Shown here: in pieces, positions 8,945-18,668 of the stretch | Layout of the letters: each line of letters begins with the position of its first letter | Position numbering within the stretch: the first letter of the stretch is position 1 | Source of the DNA: Nannocystales bacterium | Lineage (GTDB): Bacteria; Myxococcota_A; Polyangia; Nannocystales; Nannocystaceae | Assembly: GCA_050633305.1 (NCBI GenBank) | Contig: JBOEGF010000024.1 | Location: 1-64,000 of the forward strand | DNA: 64,000 nucleotides | Direction: 5' to 3' | Translations under genes and position numbers: made by a program | Notes under the pieces: model-generated | The model's input: only the letters and a program-made list of their open reading frames with translations | The model's database searches: none | Told to the model about the DNA's origin: nothing

Positions 8945-9637
8945 TCAGCCGAAGCCGAAGGTTCCGCCGATTCGCAACGTGCCCGCGATGGGCCCGGGGA
9001 CAAGCACAGGCGTCCTGCGACCGAGGGCGTCGCGGCCTCGGAACTGGGGGCCCACGGCGGGGATCGACATTCCGACGCCAAGCAGCAACCCGAAGTTGCG
9101 GGTGAAGGCGTAGCGGTAGTCGCCCTTGAGCGTGCCGGCGATGTGGTGCGAGTACTGGGCGTCGGCAGGACGGTCGCCGGACCAGAAGTGCTTCCAGCCG
9201 CCGGCCTCGCCGCCAAAGCACATGCGGATTCGGTGCTCACGGGTCTTCTTGCTCGCGCAGGCGTCGAGCATCCCGTAGGCGAGCAGGTTGGAGACTTTGT
9301 CCGCGGCGAGGCGGAACGAGGCCGCGCCGAGGAGCGCCCCTCCTGCCCGAAGCGCGAACGTGTCGTTGCCGAAGGCGAGTGCAGCGTCGACCCCGAGGAA
9401 GGTCGTGGGGATGAGCTCACGAGTGACCACGGCATTGGTCTCGAGAGAGAACAGACGGCCGCGCCTGCGGCGAGCACGGTCGGCCCGCGTGGGGGGTGGG
9501 GGGCTGGGCTCAGTCGAGGCCTCGAGGGTCGGAGATGGAGCGGGAGTGGAAGCCGGCTGTGAGGCCGGCTGTGAAGCTGGAGCCGAGGCAGAAGCAACGG
9601 ATGGCAGGCCGAGTGTCGCCAGGCCGATCCCGGCCAT
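8945..9637 (-). CDS. Secreted / outer-membrane beta-strand hypothetical protein
   Basis: Signal-like N-terminus, Pro/Ser linker, amphipathic strands ending GTFGFG. Start uncertain (9637-9688). Confidence 0.6.
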   Translation of the reverse strand: MAGIGLATLGLPSVASASAPASQPASQPASTPAPSPTLEASTEPSPPPPTRADRARRRRGRLFSLETNAVVTRELIPTTFLGVDAALAFGNDTFALRAGGALLGAASFRLAADKVSNLLAYGMLDACASKKTREHRIRMCFGGEAGGWKHFWSGDRPADAQYSHHIAGTLKGDYRYAFTRNFGLLLGVGMSIPAVGPQFRGRDALGRRTPVLVPGPIAGTLRIGGTFGFG

Positions 9638-9816
9638 CCCGCATCGCCATCCCACGCCTTTGCCGAATCTCCAACCACCCATGCACAATCAACGTACGGT
9701 CCTCAGAGACCTTTGGACAAGGCACAGGGGATGATTTGCCCCTTGGAGGAGGCGCTCGTTCGACTTCGGCCCAGGGGTCTCGTAGCGAGGAGCCCGCGAG
9801 GGTAGGCTTGCGGGCG

Positions 9817-11538
9817 ATGTCGCCCAGCATTCCAGGCATGGACGTACTCATCGCCGACGTCGCGGCGGGGCGGTTGCGTGGCACTGAGGCGTTTGACGAG
9901 ATCGTGGCGTGTATTGCCGCGCACGAGACGCCTGCCCAGGCGACCGACGAAGAACGGCAGCTGGTCGTGGAGCAGACGGTCCGCGCGGTGAGTCAGGACC
10001 GGGCGCTGTGCGAGCTGTTGTTCGCTCCCCCCCAGTCGGCCGGCCCCAAGCCCGCACCCGCAGTCATGGTCAAGCCCAAGCTGCAGCCGGTGGAGGTGCT
10101 CGAAGCGGACGAGGATCCGTTCTCCGGCGAGGAGGAGGACGATGACGACGCATTCTTCGAGGACGACGGCGATGACGGCGATGACCTTGTGGCTCCGCTG
10201 CCACTGACCGACGAAGAGATCGATGCGGAACTCGAGGCTATCGAGCGCGAGCGTGAAGCTCGACAGGGTGGTGGCTTCGAATCTCCGCAGCGGCGAGGCC
10301 AGCTCGTCGGTGCGCTGGTGTTGGGGGCCGTGGTGGTGGGCGGAGGCTCGCTGTGGTTCATGACCCGCCCCGATACCTGCGACAAGCTCGTGAAGCGGAT
10401 CTGCCTGGAGGGCAAGACGAAGTCCTGCGAGACCGTCGAGTTTGGCAAGGCGCTCGCCGCGAAGGACGTGGGTGAGGACAAGTGCGTCTCGGTCATGGCT
10501 GCATTGAACACCGCAGTCGAGGGGAAGAAGAAGTCGGAGAAAACCGCCGCGTTCGACCGCGCCTTGGTCGAGGCGCTGGGCTTTGACCCCAGGGGGGACG
10601 ATGCACCCAAGATCGCGGAGCCGAAACCCACGGGCCCACCTCCACCGACGCTCGTCATCGAAGGTCAGCTCGGCATCGCAGACGTCTTCATCGATCACGC
10701 CCACGTGTACTGGACCTCGAGCCAACCTCCAGGCGTGTTTCGGGCCCGAAACATTGGCGGCGCAATCGAGCCGTTCGGGGCGCATGCCGACGCTATCGAT
10801 GTGACACCGACGAAGGACTTCCTGTACTGGGTCGTCCGAGGTCCGACGGGTGGACAGATCTGGGTCGACAAGCTTCGTGGAGCCCACGCGCCGACGACGA
10901 TCCCCCTCGAAGGATTCTCCCCCACGCGAGCAGCCTTTCTCGGAGGCGAGTTCGCGTTCATCGATGGAACGACGGGGGCCGTGATGATGGCGTCGGTCGA
11001 TGGTGGTCTTCCGCGCGTGTTGGTGCCTGGGCGACCGGTCATCGACCCGAAGGCACGGAAGCCGAAGACACCGCCTCCTCCCGGACCCGCCGCTTTCCCC
11101 ACCGAACTGCAGGGCGATGCAACGCATGTATTCGTGCTCTCGCCCGCGCCGGTCTCCACGGTGTGGGCGGTGCCCAGGGACGGTCAGGCTCCGCCGCGCG
11201 CGTTGGCGACCGGACAGACCCAGCCAAGGACCCTGACCCTGGATGCGACCCACGTCTACTGGGTCGAGGCGGGCGCAGGGGCGATCACGCGGGTGCCGAA
11301 GACCGGTGGGGTTCCGGAGTTGTTGGCCACTGGGCAGGCCGGTGCCGCAGGGCTCGCGACGGATACGGCCAGTGTGTATTGGACGAACGAGCCCGCGGGC
11401 ACTGTGCATTCCGTGCCGAAGGCCGGCGGTGAGGTGACCACCGTCGCTTCGAGTTTGTCGAATCCAAGCTTCGTTGCGGTCGACTCGGTGGCTGTGTTCT
11501 ACGAATCCGGCGGAACGATCTTTCGGCAGGCACGCTGA
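9817..11538 (+). CDS. Membrane-anchored protein with C-terminal beta-propeller (DUF5050-like)
   Basis: Acidic N-terminal region, one TM segment (LVGALVLGAVVVGGGSLWF), repeated D..HVYW / VPKxGG blades. Confidence 0.75.
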   Translation: MSPSIPGMDVLIADVAAGRLRGTEAFDEIVACIAAHETPAQATDEERQLVVEQTVRAVSQDRALCELLFAPPQSAGPKPAPAVMVKPKLQPVEVLEADEDPFSGEEEDDDDAFFEDDGDDGDDLVAPLPLTDEEIDAELEAIEREREARQGGGFESPQRRGQLVGALVLGAVVVGGGSLWFMTRPDTCDKLVKRICLEGKTKSCETVEFGKALAAKDVGEDKCVSVMAALNTAVEGKKKSEKTAAFDRALVEALGFDPRGDDAPKIAEPKPTGPPPPTLVIEGQLGIADVFIDHAHVYWTSSQPPGVFRARNIGGAIEPFGAHADAIDVTPTKDFLYWVVRGPTGGQIWVDKLRGAHAPTTIPLEGFSPTRAAFLGGEFAFIDGTTGAVMMASVDGGLPRVLVPGRPVIDPKARKPKTPPPPGPAAFPTELQGDATHVFVLSPAPVSTVWAVPRDGQAPPRALATGQTQPRTLTLDATHVYWVEAGAGAITRVPKTGGVPELLATGQAGAAGLATDTASVYWTNEPAGTVHSVPKAGGEVTTVASSLSNPSFVAVDSVAVFYESGGTIFRQAR

Positions 11539-11623
11539 GCCTCGTCGGGCGTGCGTCGTGCGGCCACCGGGTCGCGCTTCGCTGGTTGCGAATCCAGCGA
11601 GGCTGACGTGGTAGGGTCGGCGC

Positions 11624-11896
11624 ATGGGCGAGATGCCGGAAGAGACCGAAGCTGGGTCGTACGCGGACATTCAGGGCGAGGTGAACAAGCACTTCGCGGG
11701 TGACTGGGGGGCCTTCCTCAAGGCGGTCAACAACCCCGCTGAGGTGCTCCACTTTGTGTTCGCAGGCTTCTGCAAGAAGGACCGCGAGAAGTTCGAGGCT
11801 TGGGGAAAACGCCAGGCAATTCCCGAAGACTGGATGCCGCGCTTCTATATGACGCTCACCGCAGACGGTGATCTCAAGCCGAAGGACGAGTGGTAG
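11624..11896 (+). CDS. Small hypothetical protein
   Basis: 90 aa with globular composition and coding-like codon usage. Overlaps the convergent gene by 23 nt. Confidence 0.6.
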   Translation: MGEMPEETEAGSYADIQGEVNKHFAGDWGAFLKAVNNPAEVLHFVFAGFCKKDREKFEAWGKRQAIPEDWMPRFYMTLTADGDLKPKDEW

Positions 11897-12458
11897 CAGC
11901 CCCGGCGGCACCGCTTTGGAGGTGTCGCGCGAGTGCCTGGAGCGGTCGCTTGATCTCACGCTCGACGGCGATGCGGCCGAGCACCAACGGAAGCAGCTCC
12001 GGCCACGTGCACCCGTAGCTGGTCCGCACTGCGGCTCGCCGCACTGAGGGATCGGCGTGGTTCAGTGCTCGCGACCACAGGGAGAGATACAGCGTGTTGG
12101 TGTGTCTGGGACGATAGACCGCCAACCGGGACAGACCCCGAAGCCACTCGAGGGGCTCCTTGGAATCCGGGAGGGTTCGTAGAATCTCCGAAGCCTCGTA
12201 GCAGGGCAGGGATTCACGCAGGATCGACGCGACGGAAGCCTGGCTCGGGCCCGAGAGCTGAACGAAGCGGACATCGCCCGTGTGATCTTCTAAGTACTCG
12301 ATCGTCGTTCCGTCCGACGTGGTGAAGCGCTCACTTGCGAGGACGAAGTGCCCGCGCTCCACGTCTCCGGACCCCGACCACCCCAACCTTCGCGCGAACG
12401 CGAGGATTCGGTTCCGGTCGACCGACTCCCAAAAGACCAACGTGTCGTCCTCGCTCAT
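11874..12458 (-). CDS. HEAT-repeat-containing protein
   Basis: ATG 12458 overlaps the upstream stop (ATGA). ALNHADPSVRRAAV is a HEAT-like motif. Confidence 0.7.
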   Translation of the reverse strand: MSEDDTLVFWESVDRNRILAFARRLGWSGSGDVERGHFVLASERFTTSDGTTIEYLEDHTGDVRFVQLSGPSQASVASILRESLPCYEASEILRTLPDSKEPLEWLRGLSRLAVYRPRHTNTLYLSLWSRALNHADPSVRRAAVRTSYGCTWPELLPLVLGRIAVEREIKRPLQALARHLQSGAAGAATTRPSA

Positions 12459-14404
12459 GAGGCCGCCTCCGCGCCGAGTCGGTCGTCGTCGTTGTGCGTG
12501 AGGATCGGGATGCCGTCGTCGAGCAGAGAGCGGAGCTGCGCGAGAACCTTGGGGTCCTCTTCGATCAGCAAAGCCTCCTCGAGAAGTGACTCGAAGTTGT
12601 ACGCCGCGAAGATGTTCCACAAGGTGGTACGGACGCCGGAGTCCGGGTGATCCATGTAGCGCCGGAACGTGCGGAACATCGAGAGGTCGCTGTGCCGAAG
12701 CGCGGACAGCAGCGACAGGAGCCCCGCGAGCGCTTGGGGCTCGGACGTGATCTCCAACTCGTTTTGAAGGTCCCGCGCGCTGTCGAAGCCAAAGCCGAGC
12801 AGGGCGGCGATGACATCAACCGGCATGTCGACCGGGTAGTCGCAGCCGAAGTGGTGGTTCATGCGCTCCACGACCGCGGTCTGGCGAGCGGGCGTGTAGC
12901 GAACGTCGATGACGAAGACGTCATCGTGGTGAAGCTCGAACGAAAGGTAGCTGCGGCTGTGGCGGGTCCGGCGGGTCCGGGCCCACACCGAGCCGTCGGC
13001 TTGCCGATTGATCTCCCGTTGCCGACGTTCGAAGTGGGGGATCGAGTTCGGTTGCTCGGGAACGTGCTCGGGCCAGGGGTCGTCGGAGTACGCACTGCCC
13101 CACGAGCCGGGCTCGACAAACGGGCACAGCGCGAAGTGATGGTCGAGCCCCAGCTCGTCGCCGGGCACGACGTCACCGGTCGGACTCGTGACGCCAAAGC
13201 GGCCGCGGTACCCAAGGAACCCACGGGCTCGCGCTCGCAGACGGCGGCGGTCCCGTTCGGGCGCGGGAAAATACTCCGCGAGCGTGTCCTGGACCGACTG
13301 CTGTGCAGCGCCGGCATCAAGCCAGAGAAACGGCGGGTAGTCGCTGGTCAGAGCGATGAACAGCCGGGTGGGTTCCTGCTCATCGACAATGAACCACGAT
13401 GGTTCTTCGGTGCCATCGCGGCGGACCGTGCTCGGCCCTCGCGCGACGATCCGAGCGCGTCGTACCTGCTTGTGGGCGAGTTGAAGCGTGGCCGCGGTGT
13501 GGGTGACCCCGGTCGGCCCCGTCCCCGCGTACTGCTCGCGGAGCGCCACGGAGCGTTCTTGGCTCTGCGCACCATCGAGCCACTCGACGCCAGCGACCGG
13601 GAGAAGCGGGTCGCTGCGAAGCACCTGCAGCCACGTCGGAAAAACGTCGAGCCAGGAGAGGTCGGGTTCGACCTCCGCGGGCGCCGCGTCCGTGAGCAAC
13701 GCTTGGAAGTCCGGGTTGTCGTGGAATCGCTCGAACTCGGGCGACTCGCTCACGCCCTCACGGCGCTGTGGGTCCAGCTCAAAGGCACAGCGCAACGCAT
13801 CGAGGGCGATGGCGTCTTCGCCCGCTTCGGCGGCCGCGCAAGCGAGGCTGAAGTGCGCCGGCTCGAGGTCGGGGTCGACCTCCGTCGCCGCGCGGGCTGC
13901 CTCGCACGCATCTTCGAGTCGGCCGAGGGCTCGGCACAGGTTGGCGAGGTCGAGCCAGCGTGCGGAGTTGTTGCCGTCAACACGAAGCGCCGCGGCGTAG
14001 TAGGACAGAGCATCCTCGGTGTCGCCCCGGGAGAGGGCGACCGAGCCGCGCGCGTGCATCAGCTCCGCGGGGGGGACCGCGGGGTCGTTCTCGTTGTGCT
14101 CCTCCGCGATGTCGAGCAACGCTTCGGCATCGTCGGCTTGCCCGCGGTCGAGGAACAGCTGCGCTTGCAAGTAGCGGGGCAGGGGAACGTGCATGCCCAT
14201 CGAGCTGGCCTCCTCGAAGCAAGACAGCGCTTCTTCGTCCGCCCCTGCGCGGTGCATGAGCACACCGAGCAACATCCAATCGGCGAAGCCCATGGCCTTC
14301 GTCGTTTGGGCACGGCGTCGCACGAGCTCTCCCAAAAGCTCGTCGTCGTCGCCGAGGTCGAAGCCGCGAAGCTCCGCCGTCACCGCGTCGAAATAGGGGT
14401 CCAT
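12455..14404 (-). CDS. TPR protein with C-terminal unknown and HEAT-like domains
   Basis: N-terminal TPRs (e.g. AHFSLACAAAEAGEDAIALDALRCAFELDP). C-terminal YMDHPDSGVR HEAT-like motif. Confidence 0.8.
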   Translation of the reverse strand: MDPYFDAVTAELRGFDLGDDDELLGELVRRRAQTTKAMGFADWMLLGVLMHRAGADEEALSCFEEASSMGMHVPLPRYLQAQLFLDRGQADDAEALLDIAEEHNENDPAVPPAELMHARGSVALSRGDTEDALSYYAAALRVDGNNSARWLDLANLCRALGRLEDACEAARAATEVDPDLEPAHFSLACAAAEAGEDAIALDALRCAFELDPQRREGVSESPEFERFHDNPDFQALLTDAAPAEVEPDLSWLDVFPTWLQVLRSDPLLPVAGVEWLDGAQSQERSVALREQYAGTGPTGVTHTAATLQLAHKQVRRARIVARGPSTVRRDGTEEPSWFIVDEQEPTRLFIALTSDYPPFLWLDAGAAQQSVQDTLAEYFPAPERDRRRLRARARGFLGYRGRFGVTSPTGDVVPGDELGLDHHFALCPFVEPGSWGSAYSDDPWPEHVPEQPNSIPHFERRQREINRQADGSVWARTRRTRHSRSYLSFELHHDDVFVIDVRYTPARQTAVVERMNHHFGCDYPVDMPVDVIAALLGFGFDSARDLQNELEITSEPQALAGLLSLLSALRHSDLSMFRTFRRYMDHPDSGVRTTLWNIFAAYNFESLLEEALLIEEDPKVLAQLRSLLDDGIPILTHNDDDRLGAEAAS

Positions 14405-14442
14405 CCCTGCGCGGCAAGTCTACTCAATGTGGGCAGATGCCG

Positions 14443-16074
14443 TCATCGAGTCTTGGTGTGGGCGCGGACCGCGGAACGCTCAACCAAGAGGCGTTTCGTC
14501 CCTTCCACGCGCGTGATCGCACTGATCTGGTCAAAGCCTACGGGCAACTCCGCGACGATCATGGTGCCGCCTCCGTCGGGGAGCTCGGTGACCCGAGTCT
14601 TCTGGGTCACCGTGCCGTGCGGGGTCTGAAGTTCGATCGCGGTGGTCGCACTCCGCTCATCGGAGCCGATCCGGCCCGGAGACGTGTACCAGTACTCGGA
14701 TCCGTCGGGGAGGAGGGTGCCGACGAGGACCGAGCCCGCCTGGGGCGTGGGCCGGGCGGAGTCGGCCCCGGGGAAGTCGTCGTCCCACATGCTCAGCGTC
14801 CGGATGATCGGGAACACCTTGTTGAGCCCCCAGGTGCTGACCCACGCTGGGTTGCAGTAGGTCATGTAATCTTTGTAGACGGTCGGGTGTCGAAGCTGGA
14901 AATCGATCACACCGAACCCCCATTCTCCGAGATCCCCACCTTCGATCGGGTAGGTTGGATCGGGCCCGCCTTCCTCGCCGTTGCACGCGACATGACGGCG
15001 TCCAAGGCTGTGACCGACCTCGTGCACGAAGGTGTCGGCCGAGAACTCTGGGTTGTCGGGCAGCGAGAGTCCTGAGGAGACGCGCTGGTACGCAACGTCC
15101 GGGCTGGTAGGATCGCTCGGGATGCCGTTGGCGAGACCACCTGCACCTCCGAGGCCACCGGAGCACACGTCGACGAGGCCGTAGTAGAAGACCTCCGGGT
15201 CCGCGGCATCGTCGACGCGCAGCCCGGCCATGTACTGGTTGAGCGGTACGAAGCTGGTGAGCTCGCCATCCCAGTCCACGTTCGGCTGGATCTCGATCTC
15301 GAGCGCGTCGACCGGCATCATCATGTACATGTAGTCGTAGAAGAGCTGCATCGTCTCTTCGGACAAGTCGGGTTCGCGGGTGCAGTCGCCGAAATCGTAG
15401 TTGAACGGGACGATGGCGATTTTGAGGAGCTGGAAGCTGTCTTCGATACCGACGAACGCCTCGGAGCCATCGTCGGGAAGCCGCGGCGGCTCGGTGACCG
15501 TCTCATCGGCGAACGCTGGATCGGTCTCGAACAACTCGACGTGATACGTCATCCCGGGCAGGGTCTCGTCCGCCATGAGGCCCCAGTAGAAGGACTCCCC
15601 GAGGTTGCCGATGAAGCTGGGACCCTCGACGACCTTGCGGTCGATCTTGGTGTCGCTGCTGCCGTCGGCGTAGTTGACCGTGAACTGAGCTTCGATTTCC
15701 CGCGGCGTCCAGTCGTCCCCGACCTCCCAGAACGCACGCACCAGCGTGATGCGGTTGGCGATCAACGGGGAGGTGCGGCCATCACCGCCCACGCCGCCGC
15801 CGTCCTCACCGATACGGACACCAACCGCCTGGTTGGCCTCGACCCAGTCCACCGAGATGCCAGAGGCTGGGATCGGACCCGTCGGTCCGCCCGATGAGGA
15901 GTCTGCGGCGGTCATGTCGGTCCCGGAAGACCCCGACATCGTGGTGGTACTCGGCTCGCCCGACGTACTGGGCTCGCCCGTACCACTGTCCGATAGGCCG
16001 GGCTCGTCGCCGTCGGAGGCGGGACAACCGAGCCCTAGGAGGGCAACCAATCCGCACCAAACCGCTCGCTTCAT
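14443..16074 (-). CDS. Lipoprotein zinc metalloprotease (metzincin, M66-like)
   Basis: Lipobox LGLGC, Ser/Thr linker, HEVGHSLGRRH (HExxHxxGxxH), DYMTYC Met-turn. Confidence 0.88.
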   Translation of the reverse strand: MKRAVWCGLVALLGLGCPASDGDEPGLSDSGTGEPSTSGEPSTTTMSGSSGTDMTAADSSSGGPTGPIPASGISVDWVEANQAVGVRIGEDGGGVGGDGRTSPLIANRITLVRAFWEVGDDWTPREIEAQFTVNYADGSSDTKIDRKVVEGPSFIGNLGESFYWGLMADETLPGMTYHVELFETDPAFADETVTEPPRLPDDGSEAFVGIEDSFQLLKIAIVPFNYDFGDCTREPDLSEETMQLFYDYMYMMMPVDALEIEIQPNVDWDGELTSFVPLNQYMAGLRVDDAADPEVFYYGLVDVCSGGLGGAGGLANGIPSDPTSPDVAYQRVSSGLSLPDNPEFSADTFVHEVGHSLGRRHVACNGEEGGPDPTYPIEGGDLGEWGFGVIDFQLRHPTVYKDYMTYCNPAWVSTWGLNKVFPIIRTLSMWDDDFPGADSARPTPQAGSVLVGTLLPDGSEYWYTSPGRIGSDERSATTAIELQTPHGTVTQKTRVTELPDGGGTMIVAELPVGFDQISAITRVEGTKRLLVERSAVRAHTKTR

Positions 16075-16298
16075 GGGCGCACGGTACCACGCGATCATCA
16101 TCGCCAGCGCCGCGCGGCAGAGGCTCCCGCTGGGTCCGGCATCGTGCGACGTGGGGCGCCAAGCGCCTGTTGGAGGGTGTATTTGCGGGTTCCAGTGTGC
16201 GTTCGGGACCGAGGTGAGGTCGCGCGAATTCGGCTCACGGGGCTGCGGCGGACTGAAGCGTGGCGCGCATCGGAAGCGCCTGCTATCACGGCCGTTCC

Positions 16299-16712
16299 GT
16301 GGGTGATCGAGAGCAGCTTGAGAAGGCCAACGTCCGCTTCTACGACGCGTTTGCGCAGCAGGACCTTGGGGCGATGGACACGCTGTGGGCGCGCGAGGCG
16401 TCTGTGGCCTGCATCCATCCTGGGTGGCCGCTGCTCGAGGACCGCGGCGACATCATGAAGAGTTGGCGAGCGATCCTCGGAGACCTTCCCGGGGGCGAGG
16501 CACCAGAGGTTTCGTGCGCCGATCCCAACACGAAAGTCATCGGGGATATGGGGGTGGTGATCTGCAAGGAGCTTGTCGGTCCACACAAGCTTCTCGCCAC
16601 CAACGTCTTCGTCCGCGAGGACGGACACTGGCGGATCGTGCACCACCACGCAGCGCCGGTCTACGCGGACGAAGCTCCGCTCGATGAGACCCCACAGGTC
16701 TCGCTGAATTAG
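16299..16712 (+). CDS. SnoaL/NTF2-like protein
   Basis: ANVRFYDAF...D..AM..LW, CIHPGW, ATNVFVREDGHWRIVHHHA. Confidence 0.88.
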   Translation: MGDREQLEKANVRFYDAFAQQDLGAMDTLWAREASVACIHPGWPLLEDRGDIMKSWRAILGDLPGGEAPEVSCADPNTKVIGDMGVVICKELVGPHKLLATNVFVREDGHWRIVHHHAAPVYADEAPLDETPQVSLN

Positions 16713-16713
16713 T

Positions 16714-16864
16714 CTTGGCAGGGGGCTTTCGAAAAGCCCCCTCACTGCGGCAGCGAAGCTGCCTTCGTTTCACCCGAAACGGTCGCCTTGGAGCTCGACT
16801 TGGCAGGGGGCTTCGAGAAGCCCCCACACTGCGGCAGCGAAGCTGCCTTCGTTTGACCGGAGAC
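16714..16864. repeat. Tandem pair of ~67-bp REP-like palindromic units
   Basis: Units 16714-16780 and 16799-16864, each with GGGGGCTT..AAGCCCCC and GGCAGC-GAA-GCTGCC hairpins. They lie between convergent genes. Confidence 0.85.
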
Positions 16865-16905
16865 TCGTGGCGTGTCGTTGGGCTCAGCGCGAGCCTGGAG
16901 CTGGG

Positions 16906-18630
16906 TCACTCGGGCTCGATGGGTTCTTGCCCGCCATCGAGCCGGCGTTCGAAGCCGCGTTTCGAGTCGTCTTTGTCCTCGTTCTTGGTGAGGACGCGGA
17001 GGTCGTCGCCCTCGGCCCGGCCCATCGCGGCCGTGACCGCGAGGTCGCCGGTCACGTTGAGACCGGTGCGGAACATGTCCAGCAATCGGTCCATGCCCAG
17101 GATGAGCGCGACACCAACGGTCGGGATTCCGCTGGCGGTCAGGACCATCGCGAGGGTGACCATGCCCGCCCCCGGGACTCCGGCGGCGCCGATCGACGCC
17201 ATCGTGGCGGTTGCGACGATGCCGATCTGGTCGCCGAACGACAGGTCCATCTGAAACACCTGCGCGATGAAGATCGCTGCGACGCCCTGGTACAGCGCGG
17301 TGCCGTCCATGTTGACCGTCGAGCCGAGCGGGATGACGAAGCTGGCGACCGGGTTGCTGACGCCCAGGTTCTCCTCGGCGCATTCCATGCTCACAGGCAG
17401 GGCTGCAGAGGAGGAGGAGGTGGAGAACGCGATCAGCTGTGCAGGGCGGGCCGCTCGAAGGAACCCGAGGATGGGGAGCTTGGCCAGGTATTTGACGACG
17501 AAGCCGTACACGAAGGCGCCATGGAGCGCGAGGCCGATCAGGACCGTGAGGCCATAGACGAACAGGCCCTTGAGGACCGAAAAACCGCTGGTCCCGACGA
17601 CCTCGGCGACGAGCGCCGCAACCCCGTAGGGCGCGATCTTCATCACGATGTGGATGATGACCACCATCGCGTTCTGGATGCGGTCCATCAGGGTAACGAC
17701 CGGTTGGCCATCCTTGTTGTCGAGGAAGGTCAGGGCGACGCCGAACAGGACCGCGAAGAAGATGACCTGCAGCATGTCCCCGGACACCAACGACTCGGCG
17801 GGGTTCCCGGGGATGATGTTGAGCAGGTTTTCGATCGTGGAGGGAGCCTCTGCGGCCGCATCCGCGGTACTGCCCGCGGCGCCCTCGAACTGTGCCTGTA
17901 AGGCGACGCGACTGCGTTCATCGATAAATGACCCCGGGTTGATGAGGTGCGCGACGCCGAGCCCGATTGAAACTGCCGCGGCCGTCGTCCCCATGTAGAG
18001 CCCCAGGGTTCGCAAGCCCATCCGTCCCAGTTTGCGAATGTCGCCAAGACTCGCGACACCCACGAGCAAGGAGGCGAAGACCAGCGGGACGATCACCATC
18101 TTGATCAGCCGCATGAACGCTTCTCCGGCCGGCTTCATCCAGCTGATCAGTGTGTCGCCGAATCCGCTGATCGGAATCGGCCAGACTGTGAACCCTCCGC
18201 TTTCGAGTTGCGTGTGCTGGTGGCGAACCCAGACGGGGACGGTGTCACCGACCTCCGGGTCTCCCAGCGCCTCGCGGACCTTCCCGCTCTTGTCTCGTAG
18301 CAGCAACTGGTTGGTGACGGGCAAGTCGACCTTCGACCAGTCCGTCAGCGTCTCCGTGCCGCCCTTGTCGTCGGTGTGTTCGCCGTCCTGCGTCTCGAGG
18401 ATCTGAAGCCGCAACGCCTTCGGGGCGGTGGTCTGTCCGCTGGGGTTCTTCGGCTTCGCCGGCAACCGGAACGCCGTGCTCGGGTCGTCCTTGTCGATCT
18501 GCAGGTCCAGTCGGTCCCAGGAGGTGACCTTATAGAGGTCGGCCTCGAGCAGGGATGAGTTCGGGCCAAGGGTGAGGCCCACGATGGCGCCGACGAGCAT
18601 CCCGATCAGGATCTTGGTGTAGACCTGCAC
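16906..18630 (-). CDS. gltP: Dicarboxylate/amino acid:cation symporter (DAACS, glutamate/aspartate type) with inserted soluble domain
   Basis: FMRLIKMVIVPLVF, AFSTSSSSAALP, NMDGTALY, SIGAAGVPG, DRLLDMFRT. Confidence 0.92.
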   Translation of the reverse strand: MQVYTKILIGMLVGAIVGLTLGPNSSLLEADLYKVTSWDRLDLQIDKDDPSTAFRLPAKPKNPSGQTTAPKALRLQILETQDGEHTDDKGGTETLTDWSKVDLPVTNQLLLRDKSGKVREALGDPEVGDTVPVWVRHQHTQLESGGFTVWPIPISGFGDTLISWMKPAGEAFMRLIKMVIVPLVFASLLVGVASLGDIRKLGRMGLRTLGLYMGTTAAAVSIGLGVAHLINPGSFIDERSRVALQAQFEGAAGSTADAAAEAPSTIENLLNIIPGNPAESLVSGDMLQVIFFAVLFGVALTFLDNKDGQPVVTLMDRIQNAMVVIIHIVMKIAPYGVAALVAEVVGTSGFSVLKGLFVYGLTVLIGLALHGAFVYGFVVKYLAKLPILGFLRAARPAQLIAFSTSSSSAALPVSMECAEENLGVSNPVASFVIPLGSTVNMDGTALYQGVAAIFIAQVFQMDLSFGDQIGIVATATMASIGAAGVPGAGMVTLAMVLTASGIPTVGVALILGMDRLLDMFRTGLNVTGDLAVTAAMGRAEGDDLRVLTKNEDKDDSKRGFERRLDGGQEPIEPE

Positions 18631-18668
18631 GGAACACTTCTACCAGGTTTGTTCCAGCGCTCGTGGGG

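Noticed and set aside
16714..16864. Possible CRISPR array
   Set aside because: Only two units, repeats too long (~67 bp), spacer too short (18 bp), and no cas genes in the window.
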